Assembly: GCA_001779535.1 (NCBI GenBank)
Contig: MFKJ01000010.1
Span: 1-36,987, forward strand
Reading direction: 5' to 3'
Origin: Candidatus Jorgensenbacteria bacterium RIFCSPHIGHO2_02_FULL_45_20
GTDB lineage: Bacteria > Patescibacteriota > Minisyncoccia > UBA6257 > GWB1-50-10
DNA length: 36,987 nucleotides
Position 1 is the stretch's first letter, and the number at the start of each line of letters is the position of its first letter. The translations under genes were made by a program, and so were the position numbers. Below are positions 9,118-18,305 of the stretch, one piece after another. Below the pieces are notes generated by a model. That model worked only from the letters and a program-made list of their open reading frames with translations. It was not told where the DNA came from and made no database searches.

Positions 9118-9645
9118 TTACATCGCTTTCCTTCTGAATATCCTCCTTAATCCGCCGGCGGCTTTAGAATGTTTCTTGTCGGCGGCTTCTTTATCTACCG
9201 TTTCTTTGACCGTTTCTTTTTTATTTGACGGCTTTTTGCTCTTCTTGCCTCCGTCTTTTTCTTTTTTGGGACGCTCGTGTATTACGAACCTCGCGGGCGA
9301 TGGTGAAGGAGAAACGCCAAGAACGATTGTAACATGGCTTGTTCGCTTTCGTATAGGACTCCACGCCCCGCGCGCCCGCGGCGTCCACCTTTTCTGGGTC
9401 GGCCCACGGTCTATACGGAGTTCTTTGACGAAAAGTTTATGAGGGTCGAGCTTGCCAACTTTGGCATTCGCGATAGCGGAATTCAAAAGTTTCAAAATCG
9501 GTTCGGACGCTCTGCCGGGAAAAAGCATAAGCTGCGCCTGCGCCTCGGTAACCGGCAATCCTCTTATCAAGTTTGCCTGGAGTCCGACTTTGCGCGGCGC
9601 GATGCGCAGATATTTCAGTTTTGCCATTGCGGTGTTTTGCTCCAT
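9118..9645 (-). CDS. rplV: 50S ribosomal protein L22 with a Lys-rich C-terminal extension of about 65 aa
   Basis: RIAPRK, LLNSAIANA and PRARG…KRTSHVTIV motifs; 175 aa. Confidence 0.97.
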   Translation of the reverse strand: MEQNTAMAKLKYLRIAPRKVGLQANLIRGLPVTEAQAQLMLFPGRASEPILKLLNSAIANAKVGKLDPHKLFVKELRIDRGPTQKRWTPRARGAWSPIRKRTSHVTIVLGVSPSPSPARFVIHERPKKEKDGGKKSKKPSNKKETVKETVDKEAADKKHSKAAGGLRRIFRRKAM

Positions 9646-9669
9646 ATATATTGTGTATCTTATGTTTTC

Positions 9670-9975
9670 TTACGCGCTTTTCTGCGCTATATTTTTGGCC
9701 ATTTCAAGTTCTTTCTGAATCCTTCCTCCGTGCCTTATAAATTTTCTCGTCGGAGAAAACTCGCCGAGCCGGTGGCCTATCATATCTTCCCTCACCGTCA
9801 CCTCGATAAATTCTTTCCCGTTATACACGCCAAACCTGTACCCCACCATTTCCGGAGATATTTCAGAAGCGCGCGCCCACGTTTTAATAACCGTTTTGCC
9901 GTCCGGTTTAGCCGCTGATATTTTCTTCAAAAGTTTTTGGTTTATGTAAGGACCCTTTTTTGATGACCTGCTCAT
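9670..9975 (-). CDS. rpsS: 30S ribosomal protein S19
   Basis: MSRSSKKGPY, IKTWAR and MIGHRLGEFSPTR motifs. Confidence 0.99.
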   Translation of the reverse strand: MSRSSKKGPYINQKLLKKISAAKPDGKTVIKTWARASEISPEMVGYRFGVYNGKEFIEVTVREDMIGHRLGEFSPTRKFIRHGGRIQKELEMAKNIAQKSA

Positions 9976-9979
9976 AAAT

Positions 9980-10807
9980 TTATTTTCTCCTTTTTACTAT
10001 CATTGAATTCGACCACTTTTTTCTCTTTCTTGTTTTACGTCCGCCGGTTATGTTGCCCCACTTGTCTTTCGGGCGTTTCGTACCGCGCTGCGTCTTGCCT
10101 TCTCCTCCGCCATATTTATGGTCGCGCGGGTTCATAACGGAACCGCGCACGGTAGGACGGATTCCTAAAGCGCGCGAGCGTCCAGCTTTTCCGAGCACGA
10201 CAAGGTTGTGTTCCCAGTTTGACGTCTGCCCTATGGAAGCATATCCGTCCCACGGAACTTTTCTTACTTCGCCGGACGGCATTTTAAGGTGGGTGTGCCC
10301 GCCGTCGTGAGCGAGAATCTGGACCGAAGTGCCGGCGGAACGGGCAATTTGTCCGCCGCGCCCCGGAAATATTTCAATATTAAAAACGAACGTACCGACT
10401 GGTATGCGCTTCAAAGCGGTTCTGTTACCGACCTCAAGCGGAGCATCGGCTGAAGTTATGATTGTCGAACCCATTTTCAATCCGTTCGGAGCGAGAATAT
10501 ATCGCCTTTCGCCATCGGCGTAGCAAACACGCGCTATAAAAGCAGTCCTGTACGGGTCGTATTCAATTCCCTCTACTTTCCCGCTCACGCCGATTTTATT
10601 CTGCTTGAAATCAATAAGCCGGTAGGCCCTCTTGTTGCCGCCGCCTTGATGCCGCATAGTGATTCTCCCCTGGTTATTCCTTCCGGCGGGGCTTTTCAAT
10701 CTTATAGTCAGTTTTTTAAGAGGACGCTTTTCGCCTTCCAAAAAATCTTTATATGTTACAGCCGTGTAGTGGCGCCTTGATGGAGTTGTAGGATTGTACT
10801 TTTTCAT
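9980..10807 (-). CDS. rplB: 50S ribosomal protein L2
   Basis: GRNNQGRIT, IEYDPYR, GKAGR and RPTVRGSVMNPRDHKYGGGEG motifs. Confidence 0.99.
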   Translation of the reverse strand: MKKYNPTTPSRRHYTAVTYKDFLEGEKRPLKKLTIRLKSPAGRNNQGRITMRHQGGGNKRAYRLIDFKQNKIGVSGKVEGIEYDPYRTAFIARVCYADGERRYILAPNGLKMGSTIITSADAPLEVGNRTALKRIPVGTFVFNIEIFPGRGGQIARSAGTSVQILAHDGGHTHLKMPSGEVRKVPWDGYASIGQTSNWEHNLVVLGKAGRSRALGIRPTVRGSVMNPRDHKYGGGEGKTQRGTKRPKDKWGNITGGRKTRKRKKWSNSMIVKRRK

Positions 10808-10819
10808 AATAGAGATTTT

Positions 10820-11182
10820 TTACGACGCGTCTATTTTATCACCTTTCTTGAGCAAAACTATGGCCTTTTTTACGTCTTCTTTTTTTGAAACATCGCTTCT
10901 GTAGCGGCTTTTAGACCCCGGTTTTCTCACGATATTGACTCTGAGCACGCGCACCCCGTAGCGGCGCGCTACTTCCTTTTTTATTTCGCTCTTGTTCGCG
11001 TCAATCCTTACGAGAAACGTGTACTGGTTCTCTTTCTCCATCGAATCGTGGCTCTTCTCGCTTATGAGCGGTTTTATAATGTTTCTGCGCGAGCGAACAA
11101 CGGTTCCTTGCGCCGCCGATAAGTTCTGCTCCGCCGCCGCGAGTATTTCTTTTTCTTTTGTTGTTATTTTTTTCGCGGACAT
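10820..11182 (-). CDS. rplW: 50S ribosomal protein L23 with an N-terminal extension
   Basis: IKPLISEKS, YTFLV…ANKSEIK and KKAIVLLKKG motifs. Confidence 0.96.
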   Translation of the reverse strand: MSAKKITTKEKEILAAAEQNLSAAQGTVVRSRRNIIKPLISEKSHDSMEKENQYTFLVRIDANKSEIKKEVARRYGVRVLRVNIVRKPGSKSRYRSDVSKKEDVKKAIVLLKKGDKIDAS

Positions 11183-11186
11183 ATTT

Positions 11187-11804
11187 TTATTTCATTCTTT
11201 CCGCCGCCGCTTTTTCAAAAACAATGTATTTCTTCAAAGCGCAATCATAGACATTCAACGATTCAGCGCTTATAACGTTCACTCCTTGAATGTTTTTGGA
11301 TAAACGGAAAATGTTTTTGTCCTCGGCGCTCTTAATAAGCAGAACCGATTTTTTATTCTTTCCGAAAAACTTATCCAAAAACTGCGCCGCGCTTTTGGTT
11401 TTCGGCAGTTCAAAATCAAAATTATTTATTACAAAAAGTTCGGAGTCGCTTCTCTTTTTGGAAATAACCGAAAACAGCGCGGCCTTCCTGGCTTTCTTGC
11501 TTATTTTTTTTGAAAAATCCTTGTCGTTTCTCGGACCGAATGTTATTCCGCCGCCGCTCCAAATCGGCGAACGCCTCGAACCATGCCTCGCGTGTCCCGT
11601 ATGTTTCTGCCTCCACGGCTTTTTACCGCCGCCTCTCACCTCCGAACGGTCCTTGGTCTGCGCCACGGAATTCCTCTTATTCGCATAATAAGCGGTTATC
11701 GCTTGGTGCACGAGATCCGGTTTCCACGCGGCGCCGAAAACAGCATCAGAAACGGTAATCGAGCCGTCCGGCTTTTTTTCTTTGTTATAAATTTCGAGTT
11801 TCAT
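11187..11804 (-). CDS. rplD: 50S ribosomal protein L4
   Basis: RSEVRGGGKKPWRQKHTGHARHGSRRSPIWSGGG…FGP. Confidence 0.99.
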   Translation of the reverse strand: MKLEIYNKEKKPDGSITVSDAVFGAAWKPDLVHQAITAYYANKRNSVAQTKDRSEVRGGGKKPWRQKHTGHARHGSRRSPIWSGGGITFGPRNDKDFSKKISKKARKAALFSVISKKRSDSELFVINNFDFELPKTKSAAQFLDKFFGKNKKSVLLIKSAEDKNIFRLSKNIQGVNVISAESLNVYDCALKKYIVFEKAAAERMK

Positions 11805-11807
11805 TTT

Positions 11808-12260
11808 TTACGCTGTTTTCTTTTTTTGCCGTATTTCGACGCGGGCGCCGCGTATTCCGGGAATAGCTCCTTTGAGTAATATCGTTTTTTCGGACTGTCG
11901 GACATCCGCCACGCGAAGATTGCGCACGGTAACCCGTTCATTGCCCATTCTGCCCGCCATCTTCCTGCCTTTTATAGTTCTTTGCGGGGCCGTAGCTCCT
12001 ATTGAACCCGGAGCTCTCAATCGGTTTTTCTGTCCGTGCGTTTTCGGACCGCCCGCGAAACCGTGCCGTTTCACGACGCCCTGGAAACCCTTTCCCTTGC
12101 TTCTGCCTGAAACATTGACCTTATCCCCGATTTTCAATTCCCCGATTTCTTTTTCATCGGCATACAAAACCGAAGTAACCGGAATTACGGCATCGTTGTT
12201 CCAAATTTGCGTCATTACGCCTTTTTTGGCGTGTATTTTTTTCACCGATTCGTTTTTCAT
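11808..12260 (-). CDS. rplC: 50S ribosomal protein L3, internally shortened to 150 aa
   Basis: KKGVMTQIW…IPVT, then directly SKGKGFQGVVKRHGF…THG…PGSIG…MAGRMG…KGAIPG. Confidence 0.95.
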   Translation of the reverse strand: MKNESVKKIHAKKGVMTQIWNNDAVIPVTSVLYADEKEIGELKIGDKVNVSGRSKGKGFQGVVKRHGFAGGPKTHGQKNRLRAPGSIGATAPQRTIKGRKMAGRMGNERVTVRNLRVADVRQSEKTILLKGAIPGIRGARVEIRQKKKTA

Positions 12261-12319
12261 ATTTTTCCACTTTTTTCTGGAATAACGCGCCGCTACGAAA
12301 ACGCGGCGGGGGCATACGA

Positions 12320-12352
12320 AAAAAACAGCAGGGGCAAGCCCTGTTGTTTTTT
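12320..12352 (-). terminator. Terminator-like hairpin in the rpsJ-rplC spacer
   Basis: Minus strand AAAAAACAACAGGG-CTTGC-CCCTGCTG followed by T7; a second CGCCGC/GCGGCG hairpin lies at about 12288-12308. Confidence 0.7.
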
Positions 12353-12365
12353 ACGGCTGACCCGA

Positions 12366-12401
12366 TGTTAATAATTTATATTATTAACAAAGGGAAGTCA
12401 A
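12366..12401 (-). promoter_or_regulatory. Putative internal promoter upstream of rplC, overlapped by a palindrome
   Basis: TTGACT (12401-12396), 17-nt spacer, TAAATT (12378-12373); TGTTAATAA-N6-TTATTAACA at 12366-12389. Confidence 0.6.
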
Positions 12402-12411
12402 CTCCTTTGCA

Positions 12412-12738
12412 CTATCCCATTTTGATTTCCACATCAACGCCGGCAGGAAGATTAAGGTCGGACAGCGATTCAATTATCTTCTGTTGCGGATTCATTATAT
12501 CCACAAGTCGCTTATGAACGCGAAGCTCGAAATGTTCTCCAGATTTCTTATGCACAAAAGTGGAGCGATTCACTGTATAACGCTTAAACTCTGTAGGCAG
12601 AGGAATCGGCCCTACGACCTCGCCGCCATGGTACTTTATGGCCTCTATAATCTGCTTTACCGACGAATCTATAAGTTTGGCGTCATACGCTTTTACGCGA
12701 AGCCGCAATCTTTCCTTTTGTTCTTCCTTTTTCGGCAT
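12412..12738 (-). CDS. rpsJ: 30S ribosomal protein S10
   Basis: LRVKAYD, GPIPLPT, HKRLVDI and LPAGVDVEI motifs. Confidence 0.99.
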   Translation of the reverse strand: MPKKEEQKERLRLRVKAYDAKLIDSSVKQIIEAIKYHGGEVVGPIPLPTEFKRYTVNRSTFVHKKSGEHFELRVHKRLVDIMNPQQKIIESLSDLNLPAGVDVEIKMG

Positions 12739-12771
12739 ATTGATATGTTTAGGAACGGAAATTGTTTATTT

Positions 12772-13971
12772 TTATTTCACTATCTTCGTAACCGCTCCTG
12801 CGCCTACCGTCTTGCCGCCTTCGCGTATCGCAAAACGCTGTTTCTCTTCAAGCGCGACCGGCGAGATTAGTTTCACGGTAACTTTGTTCACTGTGTCTCC
12901 CGGCATAACCATTTCAGTGCCTTCCGGAAGAACCATTTCTCCCGTAACATCCGTTGTGCGGATGTAGAACTGCGGTTTGTAGCCCTTGAAAAACGGCGTA
13001 TGCCTTCCTCCTTCCTCTTTCGAAAGAACATATACTTCCGCTTCGAATTCGGAGTGAGGCGTAACGGAGCCCGGTTTCGATATAACCTGTCCGCGTTCAA
13101 CATCTTCTTTTTTTAATCCGCGGAGAAGTATTCCGACATTGTCTCCGGCTTGTCCGGAATCAAGCGTCTTTTGGAACATCTCTACACCGGTAACAACCGT
13201 CTTCTGCGTCGGACGAAGTCCTACCACTTCAACTTCGTCGTTTATCTGAACCATTCCGCGCTCTATTCTTCCGGTGCACACCGTGCCCCGCCCTTCTATG
13301 GAAAATATGTCTTCGATGGGCATCAAAAACGGTTTGTCTGTTTCACGCACCGGCTCCGGAATGTAATCATCAAGGGCCTTCACTAAATCCAAAATCGGCT
13401 TTGCGGCGGGATCATCCGGAGAACCCGCTTCAAGCGCTTTGAGCGCCGAACCGCGTATGACCGGCACATCATCTCCCGCGAACCCATACTTCTTCAAGAG
13501 TTCTCTCACTTCGGACTCGACGAGGTCTATGAGTTCCGGGTCGTCAACCATATCAACTTTGTTCAAAAATACGATTATAGCCGGAACGCCAACCTGATGA
13601 GCCAGAAGAATGTGCTCCCTTGTCTGGGGCATCGGGCCATCAGCGGCCGAAACCACGAGTATGGCTCCATCCATCTGCGCCGCGCCGGTTATCATGTTTT
13701 TGATGTAATCGGCGTGGCCTGGGCAGTCAACGTGGGCATAGTGCCGCTTTTCCGACTCGTATTCCGAATGATGGAGGGCGATTGTGATTCCGCGCGCCTT
13801 TTCTTCCGGAGCGTTATCTATCGCGTCAACGCCTTCCGCCTTTGAGGCCAACCCTTTTTTGAAAAGCACGTTTGTTATGGCCGCGGTAAGAGTTGTTTTT
13901 CCGTGGTCAACATGTCCGATTGTTCCGATGTTCACATGCGGTTTGGAACGTTCGAATTTTTCTTTAGCCAT
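12772..13971 (-). CDS. tuf: Elongation factor Tu
   Basis: [21 protein letters not shown] and EGGRHTPFF motifs. Confidence 0.99.
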   Translation of the reverse strand: MAKEKFERSKPHVNIGTIGHVDHGKTTLTAAITNVLFKKGLASKAEGVDAIDNAPEEKARGITIALHHSEYESEKRHYAHVDCPGHADYIKNMITGAAQMDGAILVVSAADGPMPQTREHILLAHQVGVPAIIVFLNKVDMVDDPELIDLVESEVRELLKKYGFAGDDVPVIRGSALKALEAGSPDDPAAKPILDLVKALDDYIPEPVRETDKPFLMPIEDIFSIEGRGTVCTGRIERGMVQINDEVEVVGLRPTQKTVVTGVEMFQKTLDSGQAGDNVGILLRGLKKEDVERGQVISKPGSVTPHSEFEAEVYVLSKEEGGRHTPFFKGYKPQFYIRTTDVTGEMVLPEGTEMVMPGDTVNKVTVKLISPVALEEKQRFAIREGGKTVGAGAVTKIVK

Positions 13972-14020
13972 TGTTTTTTATTTTTTCTATAGTTTTCGAC
14001 CTATTTTTTAATTCTATCTC

Positions 14021-14049
14021 ATTTTCAGTTATAACGCATTCACTGTCAA
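14021..14049 (-). promoter_or_regulatory. Putative tuf promoter
   Basis: TTGACA (14049-14044), 17-nt spacer, GAAAAT (14026-14021). Confidence 0.55.
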
Positions 14050-14059
14050 GGGAATGAAA

Positions 14060-15889
14060 TTACTCCTTCTTCAAGAGCTCCTTGAAAATTTCCGGAGGGA
14101 TGGATGTATCGGCGCGTTCTTTGAGGCGTTCTTTCCCCTTCTTCTGTTTTTTCCAGAGTTTCATTTTTCTTGTTCTGTCTCCCCCGTTTTTCCCGAAATT
14201 CCCGAGTTCCTTGCGCGTCGCTGTTATGTCCGCCCTCGCGATTACCCTCCCGTAGGCGACCGCCTGAATCGGCTGGGTGTACTGCTGTTTCGGAAGGAGA
14301 GCCGTCAATTTTTCGACTGTCTTTCTTGCTTCGCGTTCGAGTGAGTCCTTCGGAAGAAAACGGATTAGTCCCGTTATTGCTTTCCCCGACACCAGAAAAT
14401 CAACTCGCGCTATGTCTGTTTTTTCATACCCGCACACGTTATAGCTGAAAGACGCGTACCCTTCGCTTACCGATTTCAGACAATCATCAAAATCGCTTAC
14501 AAGTTCGACAAGCGGCATTTTCGATGAAAGTTTTATCCTGTCCCCTATAGTTTCCGTGTGTACCTCCGAAAATCTGAATTTCTTACGGAGCGATAAGACA
14601 CCGGACAAAAATCTATTCGGAAAAATCAAAACTATGTCTATCATCGGCTCCGATATTTCAAGATAATCGGCTGGCAAGTCATCGGGCTTGACGACCTCAA
14701 TCATCTCGCCGCGTTTCGACTTAACGAGATATTTGACTGAAGGAAATGTGTTTATAACACCTATCTGGAATTCTCTCCGGAGCCGCTCGGCCGTTATCTC
14801 GAAGTGAAGCCGTCCTAAACATCCGACCTTGAATCCCCTTCCTAAAACCTCGTTATTGTCCGGCTCTGTTGAAATTGACGAATCGTTCAATTTGAGTTTC
14901 TGAAGCGCTTTGCGCAAAAAATCATATTCGCTCGCCTCCTCCGGGAAAAACGAAACGAAAATCACCGGCTTCGGCTCTTCATACCCGTGAAGCGCGAATT
15001 TTACACAATCCTCGGATTGAACGCCGCCGCTATCCACAAAAAAAGCCGTGTCCCCTATCTTTATTTTTTCAGGGTCCTTTATTCCGGTCGCCACATAGCC
15101 GATGTCGCCGTCTCGTAAAATATCAAGCGGCTTCATTTCCGGGAAAAATTTCCCCGTTTCCTTTATTTTTGTTCTCGTTCCGGCGCGCGCCATTTTGATT
15201 TCTCCGTCCGCGCGGAACTCGCCGCCGAAAATCCTGACGGAAGCCACAACCCCCTTGTGATTATCATAAAACGAATCGAATATGAGCGCCTTGCCTTTGA
15301 AAGGCGCGCTGTCCGATTTTTCGGGAGGCGGAATGACTTGTACTATTTTTTCAAGCAATCCCGGAACGCCCTCTCCGGTTTTTCCGGACACGCACATTAT
15401 TTCTTCCCTTCCGCACCCGAGCACTTCGGCAAGTTCTCCCTTCGCGGAATCGGCGGCTTTCTCGCCGAAAGAATTTATCAAATCAATTTTATTCAGAACA
15501 CCGATGATTTTAATGCCGGCTTTTTTCGCCGAAAAAAAATTCGCGAGCGTTTGCGCCTGCACTCCTTGAGTCGCGTCAACAAGAAGAACCGCGCCCTCGA
15601 CCGCCTCGAGCGCGCGCGACACTTCGTACGAAAAATCGCTGTGCCCGGGAGTATCTATAAGATTAAGCGAGTATTCCTCGCCATCGCGAGCCAAAAATTT
15701 CATCGTAACTGGCGCCATTTTTATCGTAATACCTCGCTCCCGTTCAAGTTCCAGCTGGTCAAGATACTGCGATTTCATCTTCCTCTTATCAATGGTATGT
15801 GTGTATTCCAAAAAACGGTCGGCCAGCGTTGACTTGCCGTGGTCAATATGGGCTATTATAACGAAGTTTCTTATTTTATTTGAAAACAT
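14060..15889 (-). CDS. lepA: Elongation factor 4 (LepA)
   Basis: IRNFVIIAHIDHGKSTLAD, ERERGITIK, DTPGH, LGRGFKVGCLGRLH and GGDRTRKMKL…QKKGK motifs. Confidence 0.97.
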   Translation of the reverse strand: MFSNKIRNFVIIAHIDHGKSTLADRFLEYTHTIDKRKMKSQYLDQLELERERGITIKMAPVTMKFLARDGEEYSLNLIDTPGHSDFSYEVSRALEAVEGAVLLVDATQGVQAQTLANFFSAKKAGIKIIGVLNKIDLINSFGEKAADSAKGELAEVLGCGREEIMCVSGKTGEGVPGLLEKIVQVIPPPEKSDSAPFKGKALIFDSFYDNHKGVVASVRIFGGEFRADGEIKMARAGTRTKIKETGKFFPEMKPLDILRDGDIGYVATGIKDPEKIKIGDTAFFVDSGGVQSEDCVKFALHGYEEPKPVIFVSFFPEEASEYDFLRKALQKLKLNDSSISTEPDNNEVLGRGFKVGCLGRLHFEITAERLRREFQIGVINTFPSVKYLVKSKRGEMIEVVKPDDLPADYLEISEPMIDIVLIFPNRFLSGVLSLRKKFRFSEVHTETIGDRIKLSSKMPLVELVSDFDDCLKSVSEGYASFSYNVCGYEKTDIARVDFLVSGKAITGLIRFLPKDSLEREARKTVEKLTALLPKQQYTQPIQAVAYGRVIARADITATRKELGNFGKNGGDRTRKMKLWKKQKKGKERLKERADTSIPPEIFKELLKKE

Positions 15890-15905
15890 ACCGCTAATAA
15901 TTTAA

Positions 15906-16187
15906 AATTTTCAATTTGAAATTTTCAATGAATTCGCCAGCCGGCAAATCAATTGCGGAGAAAAGAAGTCAAAATACAGACACCGTTTTTCTGATTTTCT
16001 CTTATTTTGAATCCGTCTTGGGCTGATTTGATTAAAAATTGAAAATTGCCTGCCACGCCGTAGCTTCAGTGTAGGTTTTGGAATTTTGGAATTTGAACAT
16101 TTGGATTTATTTAGGGTTTAGGGTTTGGTGCTTAGAGTTTTGTTATCAGAGTTTTATTCGAAATTCAAAATTCGTAATTCGAAATTT
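15906..16187. repeat. Composite repeat: family C element (15906-16047), GC hairpin, family A arm (16074-16141), family B arm (16154-16187)
   Basis: The left arm AATTTTCAATTTGAAATTTTCAATGAAT is reverse-complementary to the C right arm; the other segments match 701-784 and 2480-2511. Confidence 0.82.
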
Positions 16188-16197
16188 CTGCTCTGCT

Positions 16198-18294
16198 CTA
16201 TCTTTTCCCGAGCGTAAGATAAATCATCTCACGCGCCGCCGCGCCGCTGGTTTCGTAATTGAAAAACGGACTGCGCGACTCCTCCCAAATATACCCGAGC
16301 GGGGCGCTAATCGCCACTTTCAGTTTCGAAGACACGCCCGACTGCGACTCGAATATGAAAGTGAATACACGCCCTTTCGCAACCGCCGTTTTGTCTGATG
16401 GAGGCGTCTCAAACTTTATTGAAAACACCCTTTCCTTCCCGGCCTGAACATTAAACCAAGTGCCGAAAACCGACTTGCCAAACGCTTGAAATGCCCATGT
16501 CTGATAGGAACTCGAATATATTTTAGAGTCCTCTATTTTTTTAAGCTCCGGGTACGTTTCATACCCTTCGGCCTCGTAATCGAACTTCGATACTATGTTT
16601 TTCACGTCGTTCCCCTTGACGGACACAAGCGAAGAACCGGGAGCCGCGTATATCTGGATGAAATTTTTGTTCGTCTCCCTCCACCACGGGTCTTTTTCTT
16701 TATTTCCCGTATGCTTTCTGTTTACGGATAAATCCGTAAACACTCCCCCTTCCGAATCAACGTCCACGCGCGCGTCAACCGACTGTTCCATAAAAACATC
16801 CGTTTTCCCTCCCGCGATGTTCGCGTTTACGACCGCGAGATAACTCCCCCAAAAGCTGTTCGGCAAATCCAGTGTCTCGCCCGCGACGCCGGAAGAAACA
16901 AGCGAGCTCTGTATGTTATTGTCCTTCGCGTAAATCATTATATCCTTTTTTGCCACGTGCTCGAAAATGCTTTTCGCGAGCGCTTCGCGTTCAAGTTCGG
17001 AAACCGAGTTCATTTTTTCGAGCGCGAGCGGAGCAAGCGTTTTCAAAATCCGCTTGGGTTCGCCAGCTCTTTTGTCGGCTCCGGTTTCAACTTCCCTTTG
17101 TATTTCTTTCAAAAAATTCTTGTTGTCAATCGCAAGCTTGTAATCCTCAAGTTCAATCGGGCCCGTTGCCGAAAGAAAACTCTCAAAAACGTTTATATTC
17201 AACCCCACTGCCGCGTCAAATTTCACGTCTCTCTCCGAATACATCTTTGAATTTTCCAGGAAGAATAAAATCGCGCGCGCCGATGAAGGAAAATCGAAAA
17301 ACCAGTTCGCGTCCCTCGCCCCCCAGTCGGTACTCATTGTTTTTATCTCCTGCGGAGGGACTATTTTCAAATCGAGCTGCCCATCAGGGTCATATATATC
17401 GCGAACGTCCATTGATTTCATTTGTCCGTTTTGAACTATAATATCAGCATAGCTCCCGACAAATCCTCCACCGGGTCTTATCTCCGCCGTATTCTGAAAA
17501 AGTACGGCTATGTGCCTTTCTTCATTCGACCGCAATACGCCTAAAATACCGCCCAAAAAAATATCCGCTTTATTCAGTTCGCCGCTGTATTTCAGATATT
17601 CGCCGCTTATATTTTGTTCGTACTCGCTTAGAGAATCCGAAAATCCGCGCAGTGCCGCGAGATTGTTTCTTACGGATTCGAGTTTCGAACCGGCTCCGCT
17701 TATTTCCGAACGAATAGCGGAAATGTTTTGAATGAGAAGCGCTCCGTTGGTCTGAAAATTTTTCATCCCGTCAAGCGTAAGGGCTTCCAGTTCGGACGCG
17801 AGATTCATAACGCTTGAATTTAATTCAATGGCATCTTCTAAAATGTCCGCGGCGTTTCGAAATCGCGGAATAAAAAAACCGAAAATTTTAAGCGCTTCGC
17901 TTCCGTATGTCCTATCCATTATATTTTTCATATTCCTGAGTTCCTTGTCGTTTTCCGCCAAAAAAACTTCCGCATCGCCGAAACGCGTTTCCTTGAGCGC
18001 CTGAATCGATAAGGAAAAGTTGCCTGCTATGTTCAGAACCCCTCCCGCGAACGCTTTTTTGATTTCGCCCGCGCGCAAGAATGCCGCTCCTGCCCACAAA
18101 GCGATAAGTACGAGCGCTGAAACGACAATCCCGAACGCGATTTTTCCGACCGAAAAAAACTTGAACGCCGGAGCGCGCGGAACCTTGGACAGATTAACAG
18201 TTTCAATGCGCGAAATCCTGCCGTAATTGCCATCCGGTTTTTTCACATCAACCAAAACCGGCTGTATGTTTTTTCTTGGAACTCTCTTTTCCAT
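16198..18294 (-). CDS. DUF4012-like membrane-anchored protein
   Basis: Single N-terminal TM, coiled coil, and LFQNTAEIRPGGGFVGSY, RDANWFFDFP and NANIAGGKTD motifs. Start uncertain. Confidence 0.8.
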   Translation of the reverse strand: MEKRVPRKNIQPVLVDVKKPDGNYGRISRIETVNLSKVPRAPAFKFFSVGKIAFGIVVSALVLIALWAGAAFLRAGEIKKAFAGGVLNIAGNFSLSIQALKETRFGDAEVFLAENDKELRNMKNIMDRTYGSEALKIFGFFIPRFRNAADILEDAIELNSSVMNLASELEALTLDGMKNFQTNGALLIQNISAIRSEISGAGSKLESVRNNLAALRGFSDSLSEYEQNISGEYLKYSGELNKADIFLGGILGVLRSNEERHIAVLFQNTAEIRPGGGFVGSYADIIVQNGQMKSMDVRDIYDPDGQLDLKIVPPQEIKTMSTDWGARDANWFFDFPSSARAILFFLENSKMYSERDVKFDAAVGLNINVFESFLSATGPIELEDYKLAIDNKNFLKEIQREVETGADKRAGEPKRILKTLAPLALEKMNSVSELEREALAKSIFEHVAKKDIMIYAKDNNIQSSLVSSGVAGETLDLPNSFWGSYLAVVNANIAGGKTDVFMEQSVDARVDVDSEGGVFTDLSVNRKHTGNKEKDPWWRETNKNFIQIYAAPGSSLVSVKGNDVKNIVSKFDYEAEGYETYPELKKIEDSKIYSSSYQTWAFQAFGKSVFGTWFNVQAGKERVFSIKFETPPSDKTAVAKGRVFTFIFESQSGVSSKLKVAISAPLGYIWEESRSPFFNYETSGAAAREMIYLTLGKR

Positions 18295-18305
18295 ATAATT
18301 CCTGT

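Noticed and set aside
11808..12411. rplC as a pseudogene or split gene
   Set aside because: The frame is intact with both termini and core motifs, and I could not find the missing segment in the upstream spacer.
16108..16126. TTTAGGG TTTAGGG resembling plant telomere repeats
   Set aside because: Only two units, embedded in the degenerate family A arm within a bacterial gene context.
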